Below are positions 34,792 through 47,394 of a stretch of 64,000 nt of DNA, one piece after another. The notes under the pieces were generated by a model. It saw only the letters and a list, made by a program, of their open reading frames with translations, ran no database searches and had not been told where the DNA came from. The position numbers and the translations under genes are program-made. Numbering within the stretch: the stretch's first letter is position 1; each line of letters begins with the position of its first letter. Location: the NCBI GenBank assembly GCA_964016885.1, contig CAXHJY010000480.1, positions 1-64,000 on the forward strand, in the 5' to 3' direction. This DNA comes from Eledone cirrhosa (taxonomy: Eukaryota).

Positions 34792-37700
34792 CAAACAAAC
34801 AAATTAACAACACACCAAAACAATTAAAACCATCCACTCTCGCCTCTACATTTTTGCTTAACGCCCAAGGCATCAGCCCTTCCACCAATACTCAAAAATG
34901 GAAGATCAAATTCCTGGAGGACTGGATTGATGTCCATCCAAACCACATCCCTTTCTTCGTCCTCACTGAAACCCATCTCAGTAACCTCCACTTGGAAGCC
35001 GAGGTGAAAGTGAAAAATTTCAAAGCCATCCGTGCTGATCGCGCTGGCAGAAGAAAGGGCGGAACTGCCATTTATGTCCATAATTCTTTCTCAACAGAGG
35101 CTATGAACATATTCACTAATGGATACTGTGAGGCAGTCACTGTATTCAGTCAAACCAACAACCTATTAGTAGTTGGGCTCTATAGGCCACCCCAAACGCC
35201 TGTACCATGCTTCAAGGAATGCCTCAACAGCATAAAGTGTTTCATCCAAGAGTGTCACCCTGACAACATCTTGATGATGGGGGACTTCAACCTCCCCGGA
35301 GTTGACTGGTCCACAAACACCCTGCCACCAGGTTCTTCTGCCTCAACCTCTGACAGGGAAGCTGTGGAATCGCTTCTTGACTTCATGGATGATTTCTTCC
35401 TATCCCAACTAGTGCTCGAACCAACGAGGTGCCACAAAAACGTCCTAGATTTAATTTTCAGCAATCACACTGACAATATCCACAATATTGCAGTGGAGAA
35501 AACTCTACTCTCTGATCATGACATGGTTCTCTGTGATCTGAGTTTCCACCGTCCAATATACAAACCCAATGTCATTTCTCCTGTCCATCCGTTTGACGCT
35601 ATGGATTTCCACAATGCAAACTGGGAAGCGATCAGTCATGATCTTGCACATGTCGACTGGTCCTTCACGCACACTCATACACCCACTAACATCAAAAAGT
35701 CCTGGCAGACATTTGTGGACACTGTTACAAACATATGTGCTAAACACACCCCATTAAGAACTATAAACAAATCTAAGAGCAGAATCCCTAGAAATAGAAA
35801 AACACTCATCAGAAAAATTAAGAGAACGAACAAAAAAATCAACAAGCTGAAATACTGTCAGCAGCAACACATCAACTTGACTGCCATTTCATCACTAGAG
35901 ATTAAAAAACATAACCTCCAAAACAACATAATGTCCCTCATCAACAATCAGAGAAGAGCTGAAGAGGCCTGGGCCATTGAGAAGATCAAACTCAATCCCA
36001 AAGTGTTCTTTTCATTTGCAAAAAAACACAAAATCACTGGCTCTACTGTTGGCCCTCTAATTGATGAAAATGGCACTCTTCAAGACAATGCTAAAACCAT
36101 GGGTGAGATACTGCAGAAACAATACTGCTCTGTTTTCAGCAATCCTGATATGGCCGATCTGGGCTGTATCGGCGATGTTACTCCCCATTACACCTTATCG
36201 GACATAACGTTTGGCGCCCCTGATGTCTTGGCGGCAATAAAGGAAATCAAGCATAATTCAGCAGTAGGTCCCGATAGGTTCCCTGCTTGTGTCTTGAAGG
36301 CGTGTCAACACCAACTTGCTTCTCCTCTTGCCAATCTGTGGCGGAACTCACTGGATGCTGGATATGTGCCAGAAAACCTTCTATCCCAGTCTGTTGTCCC
36401 AGTTTTCAAAAAGGGAAACAAATCCCTTGCCGTGAATTACCGTCCAATCTCACTCACCTCTCATATCATTAAGGTATTTGAGCGAGTGGTGAGATCGCGA
36501 ATGACCCACTTCCTTGAGAGTAACAATATGCTGAACTCCAACCAGCATGGATTCCGTAATGGAAGGGATTGCCTGACGCAACTACTGCATCACTTTGATG
36601 ACATTTTGAGAGCCTTGGGAGAGGGTTCCAACACTGATGTTATCTACCTTGATTTCAGCAAGGCCTTTGACAGGGTTGATCATAACATTCTACTGAGAAA
36701 GCTGTCCAATATTGGTGTCACTGGAAAGCTGCTGCAGTGGATCAAGAGCTTCCTGTCAAACAGAACCCAACATGTTGTAGTTGAGGGAGTCAAATCAAGC
36801 CCAGCCAAAGTCAGTAGTGGAGTCCCACAAGGCACTGTGTTGGGCCCACTTCTCTTCATCATCTATATTAATGACATCACTGACATCATCAAACACAGCA
36901 ACATTAAAATTTTCGCTGATGATTCCAAGCTCCAAAAGGTCATCAATGGCGTGGATGACCGGATAAGCCTTCAGTCAGACCTACTGGCTGTTACCCAATG
37001 GGCAGAAAAGAACAACATGTTACTGAACGAAGATAAATTCGAACTGATCCACTTTGGAAAAGAGGATGCTCTGAAACTCCCGTACTCCCTTCCCTCCGGG
37101 GAAACTCTCGTGGCATCTAACAACATCAGAGACTTGGGAGTAACCGTGGACAGCAACATAAGCTGGACCACGCATATAAGCAGCAAAGTTGACATGGCCC
37201 GCAGAATGTGTTCCTGGATCCTCAGAACCTTCCAGTCGAGAGATTCCCGCACCATTATCCTTCTCTTCTCTACTTTCGCCCGACCACACCTTGAATACTG
37301 TTGTCCACTGTGGTCTCCCCACACGAAACAAAGTATCATGAAACTTGAAGCTCCTCAAAGGGCAATCACGAAAAAGATAGATGGCATGTCAGACCTTGAC
37401 TACTGGGGTCGATTGGAAAACCTGAAACTTTACTCACTCCAACGTCGCCGTGAGCGTTATATTATCTGCATGATGTGGAAAATGTTCCATCATCACTGCC
37501 CAAATGATGTTGGCATCGCCTTCAAGATACACCCAAGGCTTGGGCCCCGTGCTATCCGTCCCATTCAAAAATCTAAATCGCAACTCATAACAACAATACG
37601 GCACAATTATTTCACCTCAATCGGCCCTGCTCTCTTCAACATCACACCAGGACACGTCAAAACAGAAACTGACCACACAAAATTCAAGAAGTCTTTGGAC

Positions 37701-37799
37701 AAATTCCTCCAAGTAATCCCGGACAAACCACCCACACCCGGATATGTCTCCGCAAACAGTAATTCTCTTCTCGAATGGGCCATGGTGCCCAAATCCTGA
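34779..37799 (+). CDS. LINE ORF2, AP endonuclease + reverse transcriptase (1006 aa, uninterrupted)
   Basis: LNAQGI, LTETHL, YRPP, GDFNLP, LDL, SDH; [52 protein letters not shown]. True start uncertain because there is no ATG before the endonuclease motifs. Confidence 0.95.
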   Translation: MLPLTNKQINNTPKQLKPSTLASTFLLNAQGISPSTNTQKWKIKFLEDWIDVHPNHIPFFVLTETHLSNLHLEAEVKVKNFKAIRADRAGRRKGGTAIYVHNSFSTEAMNIFTNGYCEAVTVFSQTNNLLVVGLYRPPQTPVPCFKECLNSIKCFIQECHPDNILMMGDFNLPGVDWSTNTLPPGSSASTSDREAVESLLDFMDDFFLSQLVLEPTRCHKNVLDLIFSNHTDNIHNIAVEKTLLSDHDMVLCDLSFHRPIYKPNVISPVHPFDAMDFHNANWEAISHDLAHVDWSFTHTHTPTNIKKSWQTFVDTVTNICAKHTPLRTINKSKSRIPRNRKTLIRKIKRTNKKINKLKYCQQQHINLTAISSLEIKKHNLQNNIMSLINNQRRAEEAWAIEKIKLNPKVFFSFAKKHKITGSTVGPLIDENGTLQDNAKTMGEILQKQYCSVFSNPDMADLGCIGDVTPHYTLSDITFGAPDVLAAIKEIKHNSAVGPDRFPACVLKACQHQLASPLANLWRNSLDAGYVPENLLSQSVVPVFKKGNKSLAVNYRPISLTSHIIKVFERVVRSRMTHFLESNNMLNSNQHGFRNGRDCLTQLLHHFDDILRALGEGSNTDVIYLDFSKAFDRVDHNILLRKLSNIGVTGKLLQWIKSFLSNRTQHVVVEGVKSSPAKVSSGVPQGTVLGPLLFIIYINDITDIIKHSNIKIFADDSKLQKVINGVDDRISLQSDLLAVTQWAEKNNMLLNEDKFELIHFGKEDALKLPYSLPSGETLVASNNIRDLGVTVDSNISWTTHISSKVDMARRMCSWILRTFQSRDSRTIILLFSTFARPHLEYCCPLWSPHTKQSIMKLEAPQRAITKKIDGMSDLDYWGRLENLKLYSLQRRRERYIICMMWKMFHHHCPNDVGIAFKIHPRLGPRAIRPIQKSKSQLITTIRHNYFTSIGPALFNITPGHVKTETDHTKFKKSLDKFLQVIPDKPPTPGYVSANSNSLLEWAMVPKS

Positions 37800-37885
37800 A
37801 TTGAAAGACTTCGCCAGGTGGTGCTATTAAGTTAGACATGGCCTGGGCCAATACTGGCCAAAACATTTCAAAGTTATTCAAAGTT

Positions 37886-37963
37886 ATATATACATATATA
37901 TATACATATATATATATATACATATATATATATACATATATATATATACATATATATATATAC

Positions 37964-38012
<49 letters not shown>

Positions 38013-38155
38013 CATATATACATATATATATATACATATATATATATACATATATATATATACATATATACATATATATATATACATATATATATACATA
38101 TATACATATATATATATACATATATATATATACATATATATATATACATATATAC

Positions 38156-38234
<79 letters not shown>

Positions 38235-38377
38235 CATATATATATATACATATATATATATACATATATATATATACATATATATATATACATATATATA
38301 TATACATATATATATATACATATATATATATACATATATATATATACATATATATATATATACATATATATATATAC

Positions 38378-38458
<81 letters not shown>

Positions 38459-38505
38459 CATATATATATATACATATATATATATACATATATATATATA
38501 CATAC

Positions 38506-38538
<33 letters not shown>

Positions 38539-38563
38539 CATATATATATATACATATATATAC

Positions 38564-38648
<85 letters not shown>

Positions 38649-38811
38649 CATATATATACATATATATATATACATATATACATATATATATATACATATA
38701 TATATATATACATATATATACATATACCTATATACATATATATATACATATATATATACATATATATATATACATATATATATACATATATATATATACA
38801 TATATATATAC

Positions 38812-38842
<31 letters not shown>

Positions 38843-39023
38843 CATATATATATCTACATATATATATATACATATATATATACATATATATATACATATA
38901 TATATACATATATATATACATATATATATACATATATATATATACATATATATATACATATATATATACATACATATATATATATATATACATATATATA
39001 TACATATATATATATACAAATAT
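37886..39023. repeat. (TA)n/TATACA array
   Basis: Directly visible. Confidence 0.97.
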
Positions 39024-41734
39024 ATACAGCTGTCGTCTTTCATGCGCATCACGTGACCATACCAACGTAGCCTTCTCTCGAGTAAACATCTGATCCCTCT
39101 TATTTCTAATTTTTTCCTTAGTTCGCTTATGCTTTGCCGTTTACGTATGTTACTATTACACATCCAGCGGAGCATGCAAGCTTCGTTCCTCTCTAGTCTG
39201 CGTATATCCTCTGCACACAATGCCCAGGTCTCACTGCCATGCAACATTGCTGTTCGTATGCAGGCATCATACAACCTGCCTTTCATTTTTAGGGAGAACC
39301 CTTTAGCAGCTAATAGTGGTATAAGCTCTCTGAACTTTTTCCATCCAGTTCTGACTCTAGCTACTGTACTTTCAGAGCACCCTCCCACACTGCTGATTTT
39401 GTCACCCAGTTAACGGAAGCTGTCCAATTTCTATAGAGCCCTCTGCGCAGTTGTAAGAGCTAGTATTTTGTGGGCACTTGCTGCTACTTATTGCACCAGA
39501 GCACCGGCCACATGTTAAATCTATGTTCTTAGTTAGCTTACCTGTGATCCCACTACACCTTTTATGCACCCATACCTTGAATTTGGGACATAAAACGGAG
39601 TTTCTACCTACGCCTTTCCTACACACTGAGCATGGCCATTTCCCGGAAGGGACGGCCGCCTTATTTTCTTTCCGACAAACTAGAACTTTAGTCTTAGCCA
39701 GGTTAATTTTAAGGCCTTTTGATTCTAGGCCGTGCTTCCATGTTTGGAATTTCTTCTCTAGCTCGGCCATTGATTCAGCTATGAGTGTCAGGTCGTCTGC
39801 GTATAGGAGTTCCCATGGGCAGCCGGTCTTGAACTCCTCTGCTATAGCCTGAAGGGCAATAATAAATAGTAGGGGGCTGAGAACAGAGCCCTGATGGACG
39901 CCAACTTTTACGCTAAACTCTTCACTATATTCGTTGTTAATTCTAACCTTGCTGACTGTTTCTTTATACATGGCTTGTATAGCTCTCACAAGCCATTCGT
40001 CGACACCTAGTTTTCTAAGGGCCCACCAGATAATGGAACGGGGGACTCTGTCGAAGGCTTTCTCCAAGTCGACAAAAGCTAAGTAGAGGGGTTTACCTTT
40101 AGCTAGGTACTTCTCCTGTAGTTGTCGTACAATGAAAAGAGCATCTGTGGTACTTTTGCCTGACACAAACCCGAACTGCATTTCATCTAGGTCAATTCTC
40201 TCTCTGATTAGTTGCGCTATTACTTTTTCCGTGACCTTCATGACCTGGTCGATTAATTTAATGCCTCTATAGTTACTCCTATCTAGGGCATCTCCTTTAC
40301 CCTTATAACAGTTAACGATGATGCTGCTATGCCAGTCCTTCGGAACAACCCCATTCTGTACGACTTGGTTAACTATCCGGGTGACCATGGTGTGTCCCAC
40401 CGTGCCAGATGCCTTCAGCATCTCAGCAACTATTTCCGAAGGCCCAGCCGCCTTACCCGTCTTCATATCCTTGATTGCCTTACTTATTATACTACCCTCG
40501 ACTAACACTGCTGGTCCCTCTATTGGGTCGATGTGGGGGAGACTGTCTTTCTCCCATTTATTCTCCTCATTTAGTAGCCTTTCATAGTGACACTTCCAAG
40601 CTACCTTCTTATCAGCGTCGGTGATTGGCAAGTACGTCGTCATCATTAAGTACACACTTCTCCCCGACAATATCACGGTTTTCCTTGACACATTGCCTAG
40701 CAATCCTGAACACCTCACGTTTTTGGTCCTCGCGTTGTAGAACATGCTTGAACTTTCTTTCCTCTGCTTCCCTTCTTGCGAAGTACACTTGTCTCCTAGC
40801 TTCCCTCCTGGCCACTTGATAGTCTTCTCTACTTCCCCCATCCCGCCATACTTTCCAAGCCTGCTTTTTGGCCTTAATTGACCCCTCCACCTTACTGTTC
40901 CACCACCATGTTACTCTCCTCCTGCCTACAGGCCTGCTCCAGCCACAGACTTCGTCTGTCGCCATCAGCAGGTTTGCTTACAGAAATTCCCACTGTCCCT
41001 CTATATTGTCCGACTCTAAATGCTCTTCCTTACTGTCGAAAGCATCAAGTAATATGCTTTTTAAATTTATTTCTGGCTGTGGGGTCCTTTAGCTTCCATA
41101 TTTTTCTCCTGAGGATAGTCCTCTTCTGCTGTCGAGTACGTCTCGTCCTGACTATGAGGTCGCTAATTATCAGTCTATGTGGGGAGATGCATTCTTCATG
41201 GGGGAGGGATTTAGTGTTTACAACAGACACTCTGTCACGTCTTCTGGTAAGGATATAATCTACCTGGCTTATGTGTTCCCCGGATCTATAGGTAATCAGG
41301 TGATTGTCACGTTTTTTGAAGTTAGTGTTACAGATAGTTAGGTTATTTGCGTCACAGAATTCCAGGATTCTGGAGCCTTCCTCTCATTTCTAGTACCACC
41401 CAAAGCCTCCATGGATTTCGTCGTAGCCGTCACAATGTTGTCCAACGTGACCATTTAGGTCGCCTGCAATAATTATATAGTTACTGTCAGATATTTGGGA
41501 GGTAGTAAGCAACAGTGTCTCATAGAATCTGTCTTTTATAGTGCCGGGCAGGCCGGATTGGGGTGCGTACGCAGATATTACTGTCACCGTAGTTCTATTG
41601 AGGACAAGTCTTATTTTAATTATTCTATTCACTCTATTTACGTCTATTATCTTATCTGCCCACTTTTCTGCTACCATGATTCCTACTCCACCCAGCCCAT
41701 CGTCGTTTCCCACCCAGAAAAGCTTATAACATCG
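39024..41734 (-). mobile_element. RTE family A internal segment, cut by TA arrays at both ends
   Basis: Runs from the APE region ([12 protein letters not shown]) through RT (LYADDL) to MRMKDDSCI; no 3'UTR or tail; several frameshifts. Confidence 0.94.
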
Positions 41735-41761
41735 TATATATATACATATATATATATACAC

Positions 41762-41794
<33 letters not shown>

Positions 41795-42131
41795 CATACA
41801 TATATATATATACATATATACATACATATATACATACATATATATATATATACATATATACATACATATATATATACATATATACATACATATATACATA
41901 CATATATACATACATATATACATACATATATACATACATATATATATATACATATATATATACATATATATATACATATATATATATACATATATATACA
42001 CATATATATATATACATATATATACACATATATATATACATATATATACACATATATATATATACATATATATACACATATATATATATACATATATATA
42101 CACATATATATATATACATATACATATATAC

Positions 42132-42177
<46 letters not shown>

Positions 42178-42211
42178 ATACATATATATATATATATACA
42201 TATATATATAC

Positions 42212-42244
<33 letters not shown>

Positions 42245-42268
42245 CATATATATATATACATATATATA
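41735..42268. repeat. (TA)n/TATACA array
   Basis: Directly visible. Confidence 0.95.
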
Positions 42269-42979
42269 TCATCATCATCATCATCATCATCAACGTTTAA
42301 CGTCCGTGTTCCACGCTTGCATGGGTTTGGACGGGGGTAGTCCCACTTGAGGCAAGAGTGATTGTCTTGCTCGCATAGGACTGTCTGGCAGGTTTTCTAC
42401 AGTTGGATGCCCTTCCTAACACCAACCACATTTACAGTGTGGGTCTGGGAGGTTTTTACCGTGTTGCCTACACGGCCACATTACAGCGTGGACTGTGTGT
42501 TTTTTTGTCGTGACACCTACACGATCTCATTTGTTTCGGCCTGGATGGCGCGGCACCAACATAACTTTACATAGAACGGGGTGGTGTGGATGGGGTGGGG
42601 GGTGGCGGCGGGAGGGGTGTATTTTGTTAGATATGCCTACTGGCAAGGCGGGTCTTCTCTGTTACTGAGTACCGCCAAAGGTCACGGTCCAGTGACATTG
42701 TCTTGGAGAGGTGTAAGTGTGTGAGGTCGGAGTTTATCAGCTCATCCCATGTTTTTCTAGGTCTGCTATTCCGTGGCTACCGTCTATCTTTATTGCCCTG
42801 CACTTTGTAATACAGCTATCGACTTTCATGCGCATCACGTGTCCATACCAACGCAGCCTTCTCTCGAGTAAACAACATCTGATCCCTCTTATCTCTAATT
42901 TTTTCCTTAGTTCGTTTATGCTTTGCCGTTCACGTATATTACTGTTACTGCTTTGCCGTTCACGTATATTACTGTTACA
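42269..42979 (-). mobile_element. 5'-truncated RTE family A
   Basis: Tail, 3'UTR and C-terminal coding part; 30-bp tandem duplication at its 5' junction. Confidence 0.93.
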
Positions 42980-42988
42980 TATATATAC

Positions 42989-43033
<45 letters not shown>

Positions 43034-43067
43034 CATATATATATATACATATATATAGTATATATAC

Positions 43068-43130
<63 letters not shown>

Positions 43131-43131
43131 C

Positions 43132-43176
<45 letters not shown>

Positions 43177-43243
43177 CATATATATATATACATATATATA
43201 TATATACATATATATACATATATATATATATACATATATATAC

Positions 43244-43290
<47 letters not shown>

Positions 43291-43291
43291 C

Positions 43292-43356
<65 letters not shown>

Positions 43357-43419
43357 TACACATATATATATATACATATATATATATATACATATATATA
43401 TATACATATATATATATAC

Positions 43420-43466
<47 letters not shown>

Positions 43467-43734
43467 CATATATATATATACATATATATATATACATATA
43501 TATATATACATATATATATATACATATATATATATACATATATATATATACACGTATATATATACACATATATATATACACATATATATATATACATATA
43601 TATATATACATATATATACACATATATATATACATATATATATATACATATATATACACATATATATATATACATATATATACACATATATATACATATA
43701 CAATATACATATATATACACATATATATATATAC

Positions 43735-43780
<46 letters not shown>

Positions 43781-43888
43781 ATATATATATATACACATAT
43801 ATATATATACATATATATATACACATATATATATATACATATATATATATACATATATATATATACATATATACATATACATATATAC

Positions 43889-43919
<31 letters not shown>

Positions 43920-44116
43920 CATATATATATATACATATATATATATACATATATATATATACATATATATATATACATATATATATATACATATATATAT
44001 ATACACGTATATATATACACATATATATATACACATATATATATATACATATATATATATACATATATATATATACATATATATATATACATATATATAT
44101 ACATATATATATATAC

Positions 44117-44161
<45 letters not shown>

Positions 44162-44198
44162 CATATATACATATACATATATACATATATATATATAC

Positions 44199-44243
<45 letters not shown>

Positions 44244-44272
44244 CATATATATATACACATATATATATATAC

Positions 44273-44323
<51 letters not shown>

Positions 44324-44324
44324 C

Positions 44325-44377
<53 letters not shown>

Positions 44378-44392
44378 CATATATGTATATCC

Positions 44393-44425
<33 letters not shown>

Positions 44426-44468
44426 CATATATATATATACATATATATATATACATATATATATATAC

Positions 44469-44499
<31 letters not shown>

Positions 44500-44500
44500 C

Positions 44501-44577
<77 letters not shown>

Positions 44578-44578
44578 C

Positions 44579-44625
<47 letters not shown>

Positions 44626-44644
44626 CATATACACATATATATAT

Positions 44645-44679
<35 letters not shown>

Positions 44680-44806
44680 TATATATCATCATCATCATCA
44701 TCATCATATTCATATATATATATATATATATATTCATATATATATATATATATATTCATATATATATATATATATATATTCATATATATATATTCATATA
44801 TATATA

Positions 44807-44842
<36 letters not shown>

Positions 44843-45098
44843 TATATATATATATATATATATATTCATATATATATATATAGTCATATATATATATATA
44901 TATATATTCATTCATATATATATATATATATATATTCATATATATATATATATATATTCATATATATATATATATTCATATATATATATATATATTCATA
45001 TATATATATATATATATATTCATATATATATATATATATATATTCATATATATATATATATATATATTCATATATATATATATTCATATATATATATA

Positions 45099-45144
<46 letters not shown>

Positions 45145-45166
45145 TATATATATATATATATATATA

Positions 45167-45202
<36 letters not shown>

Positions 45203-45244
45203 TATATATATATATATATGAATATATATATATATATATATATA

Positions 45245-45280
<36 letters not shown>

Positions 45281-45610
45281 TATATATATATATATATATA
45301 TTCATATATATATATATATATATATATATTCATATATATATATATATATATATATTCATATATATATATATATATATATATTCATATATATATATATATA
45401 TATGAATATATATATATATATATATTCATTCATATATATATATATATATATTCATATATATATATATATATATGAATATATATATATATATGAATATATA
45501 TATATATATTCATATATATATATATATATTCATATATATATATATATTCATATATATATATATATATATTCATATATATATATATATATATATATTCATA
45601 TATATATATA

Positions 45611-45650
<40 letters not shown>

Positions 45651-45691
45651 TATATATATATATATATATTCATATATATATATATATATTC

Positions 45692-45741
<50 letters not shown>

Positions 45742-45821
45742 GAATATATATATATATATATATGAATATATATATATATATATGAATATATATATATATA
45801 TATTCATATATATATATATAC

Positions 45822-45877
<56 letters not shown>

Positions 45878-45879
45878 TC

Positions 45880-45956
<77 letters not shown>

Positions 45957-45960
45957 TATA

Positions 45961-45994
<34 letters not shown>

Positions 45995-46065
45995 TATATT
46001 CATATATTCATATATATATATATATATATATATTCAACTATATATATATTCAACTATATATATAT
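42980..46065. repeat. About 3.1-kb composite TA array (TATACA, then TATTCA/TGAATA variants)
   Basis: The variant changes at an embedded (ATC)n run at ~44684-44708. Confidence 0.96.
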
Positions 46066-46782
46066 TTAACTACTTTTCCCATCTTGACGTTATAGTCGCA
46101 TATATGTTATAGAATGCCGTTAGCTTCTTCCTAAAACAATCTCTATACCTCTCATTTATATTTATACTCGGATTCTTTTCCTAGAGTGCTTAAACTATCT
46201 GTGACTAATCCCGGTTTTTTTCATAAAAACTGTGATAATTATTGCTATTTTGCTGAACTCCTTTGTAGAGTTTTTTTTCAGAATGTATTTGACTGCTATT
46301 TCTTGTAAATAAACATTCACTTCCATCCTGACGTCACTAGCCCCGTTTTTTCCTCATGTGCTTTTTCATAAATACACATGAAGGCGAACTAGCCAGTTTT
46401 AGAATTCACTTTTTCGGATTATACTACTGTGAGAGCCCTGGTTTCTGTTGAGCTCTGCTGATGAATGAAATCCAACCGTGACCATCTCCACTGAAAGTTT
46501 TCATGAAATAGTCTTTTAAGACTATACAGAGCATTTGATGTTATTCCAAATTGAAGGATAAGTGTTTCAAACTTTATTTTATCATGAGTTAAAGGTCTAT
46601 AGATTTTTCCCTGGATTTTACTAAATTCTGTGGATGAATTTATATCCTGATTCTCTTTTGAGATGAGTTTGAGTTATTTTTCCTAAATCTTTCGTTAACT
46701 ACTTTTCCCATCTTGACGTTATAGTCGCATATATGTTATAGAATGCCGTTAGCTTCTTGCTAAAACAATCTCTATACCTCTC

Positions 46783-46789
<7 letters not shown>
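46066..46789. repeat. Unclassified segment with ~95-bp terminal direct repeats
   Basis: ttaactacttttcccatcttgacg...ctctcatttata at 46066 and 46695 (period 629). Confidence 0.8.
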
Positions 46790-46818
<29 letters not shown>

Positions 46819-46822
<4 letters not shown>

Positions 46823-47134
46823 AAAGTTTTTATTAGCCGACAATGTTTCGTCCTATTAAGGACTCATCAGGGCAATCAAAACAACAAGAAGTAATATCGG
46901 CAGATACAAGCCGGCTTGTATCTGTCGATATTACTTCTTGTTGTTTGATTGCCCTGATGAGTCCTTATAGGACGAAACATTGTCGGCTAATAAAAACTTT
47001 TGATGTATTAAAGGATTCTTTGTTTTACTCTCTTAATTTTTTGGCTCTGTTTAACTGCATTGAGCTATACCTTTTACTGTCATTTCTATAATACGAAGAG
47101 GGTGTTTAACTCCAACACGCTCCAGTATTCTAAT

Positions 47135-47181
<47 letters not shown>

Positions 47182-47187
47182 TATATA

Positions 47188-47222
<35 letters not shown>

Positions 47223-47348
47223 ATTAGAATACTGGAGCGTGTTGGAGTTAAACACCCTCTTCGTATTATAGAAATGACAGTAAAAGGTATAGCTCAATGC
47301 AGTTAAACAGAGCCAAAAAATTAAGAGAGTAAAACAAAGAATCCTTTA

Positions 47349-47354
<6 letters not shown>
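46819..47354. mobile_element. Double fold-back element with hammerhead motifs (Penelope-like element end)
   Basis: Palindrome 46819-47004 centred on agccggct; second inverted repeat ~47003-47138 / 47217-47354 around a TA spacer. Confidence 0.82.
46948..46991 (+). ncRNA. Minimal type I hammerhead ribozyme with canonical core
   Basis: gcc-CTGATGA-gtcct-tat-aggac-GAAA-c-att-g-TC-ggc; GTC cleavage triplet ending 46984. Mirrored on the minus strand at ~46833-46876. Confidence 0.88.

Positions 47355-47391
<37 letters not shown>

Positions 47392-47394
<3 letters not shown>

Larger units (their letters stand above)
32821..37885 (+). mobile_element. Full-length CR1/L2-group LINE with two intact ORFs
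   Basis: 5'UTR with tandem duplications, ORF1, APE-RT ORF2, short 3'UTR ending (ttcaaagtta)x2 into (TA)n. The 5' boundary is approximate. Confidence 0.9.

Noticed and set aside
46455-46475. ctgatgaatgaaa resembling a hammerhead core
   Set aside because: No room for stem II and no stem I pairing.
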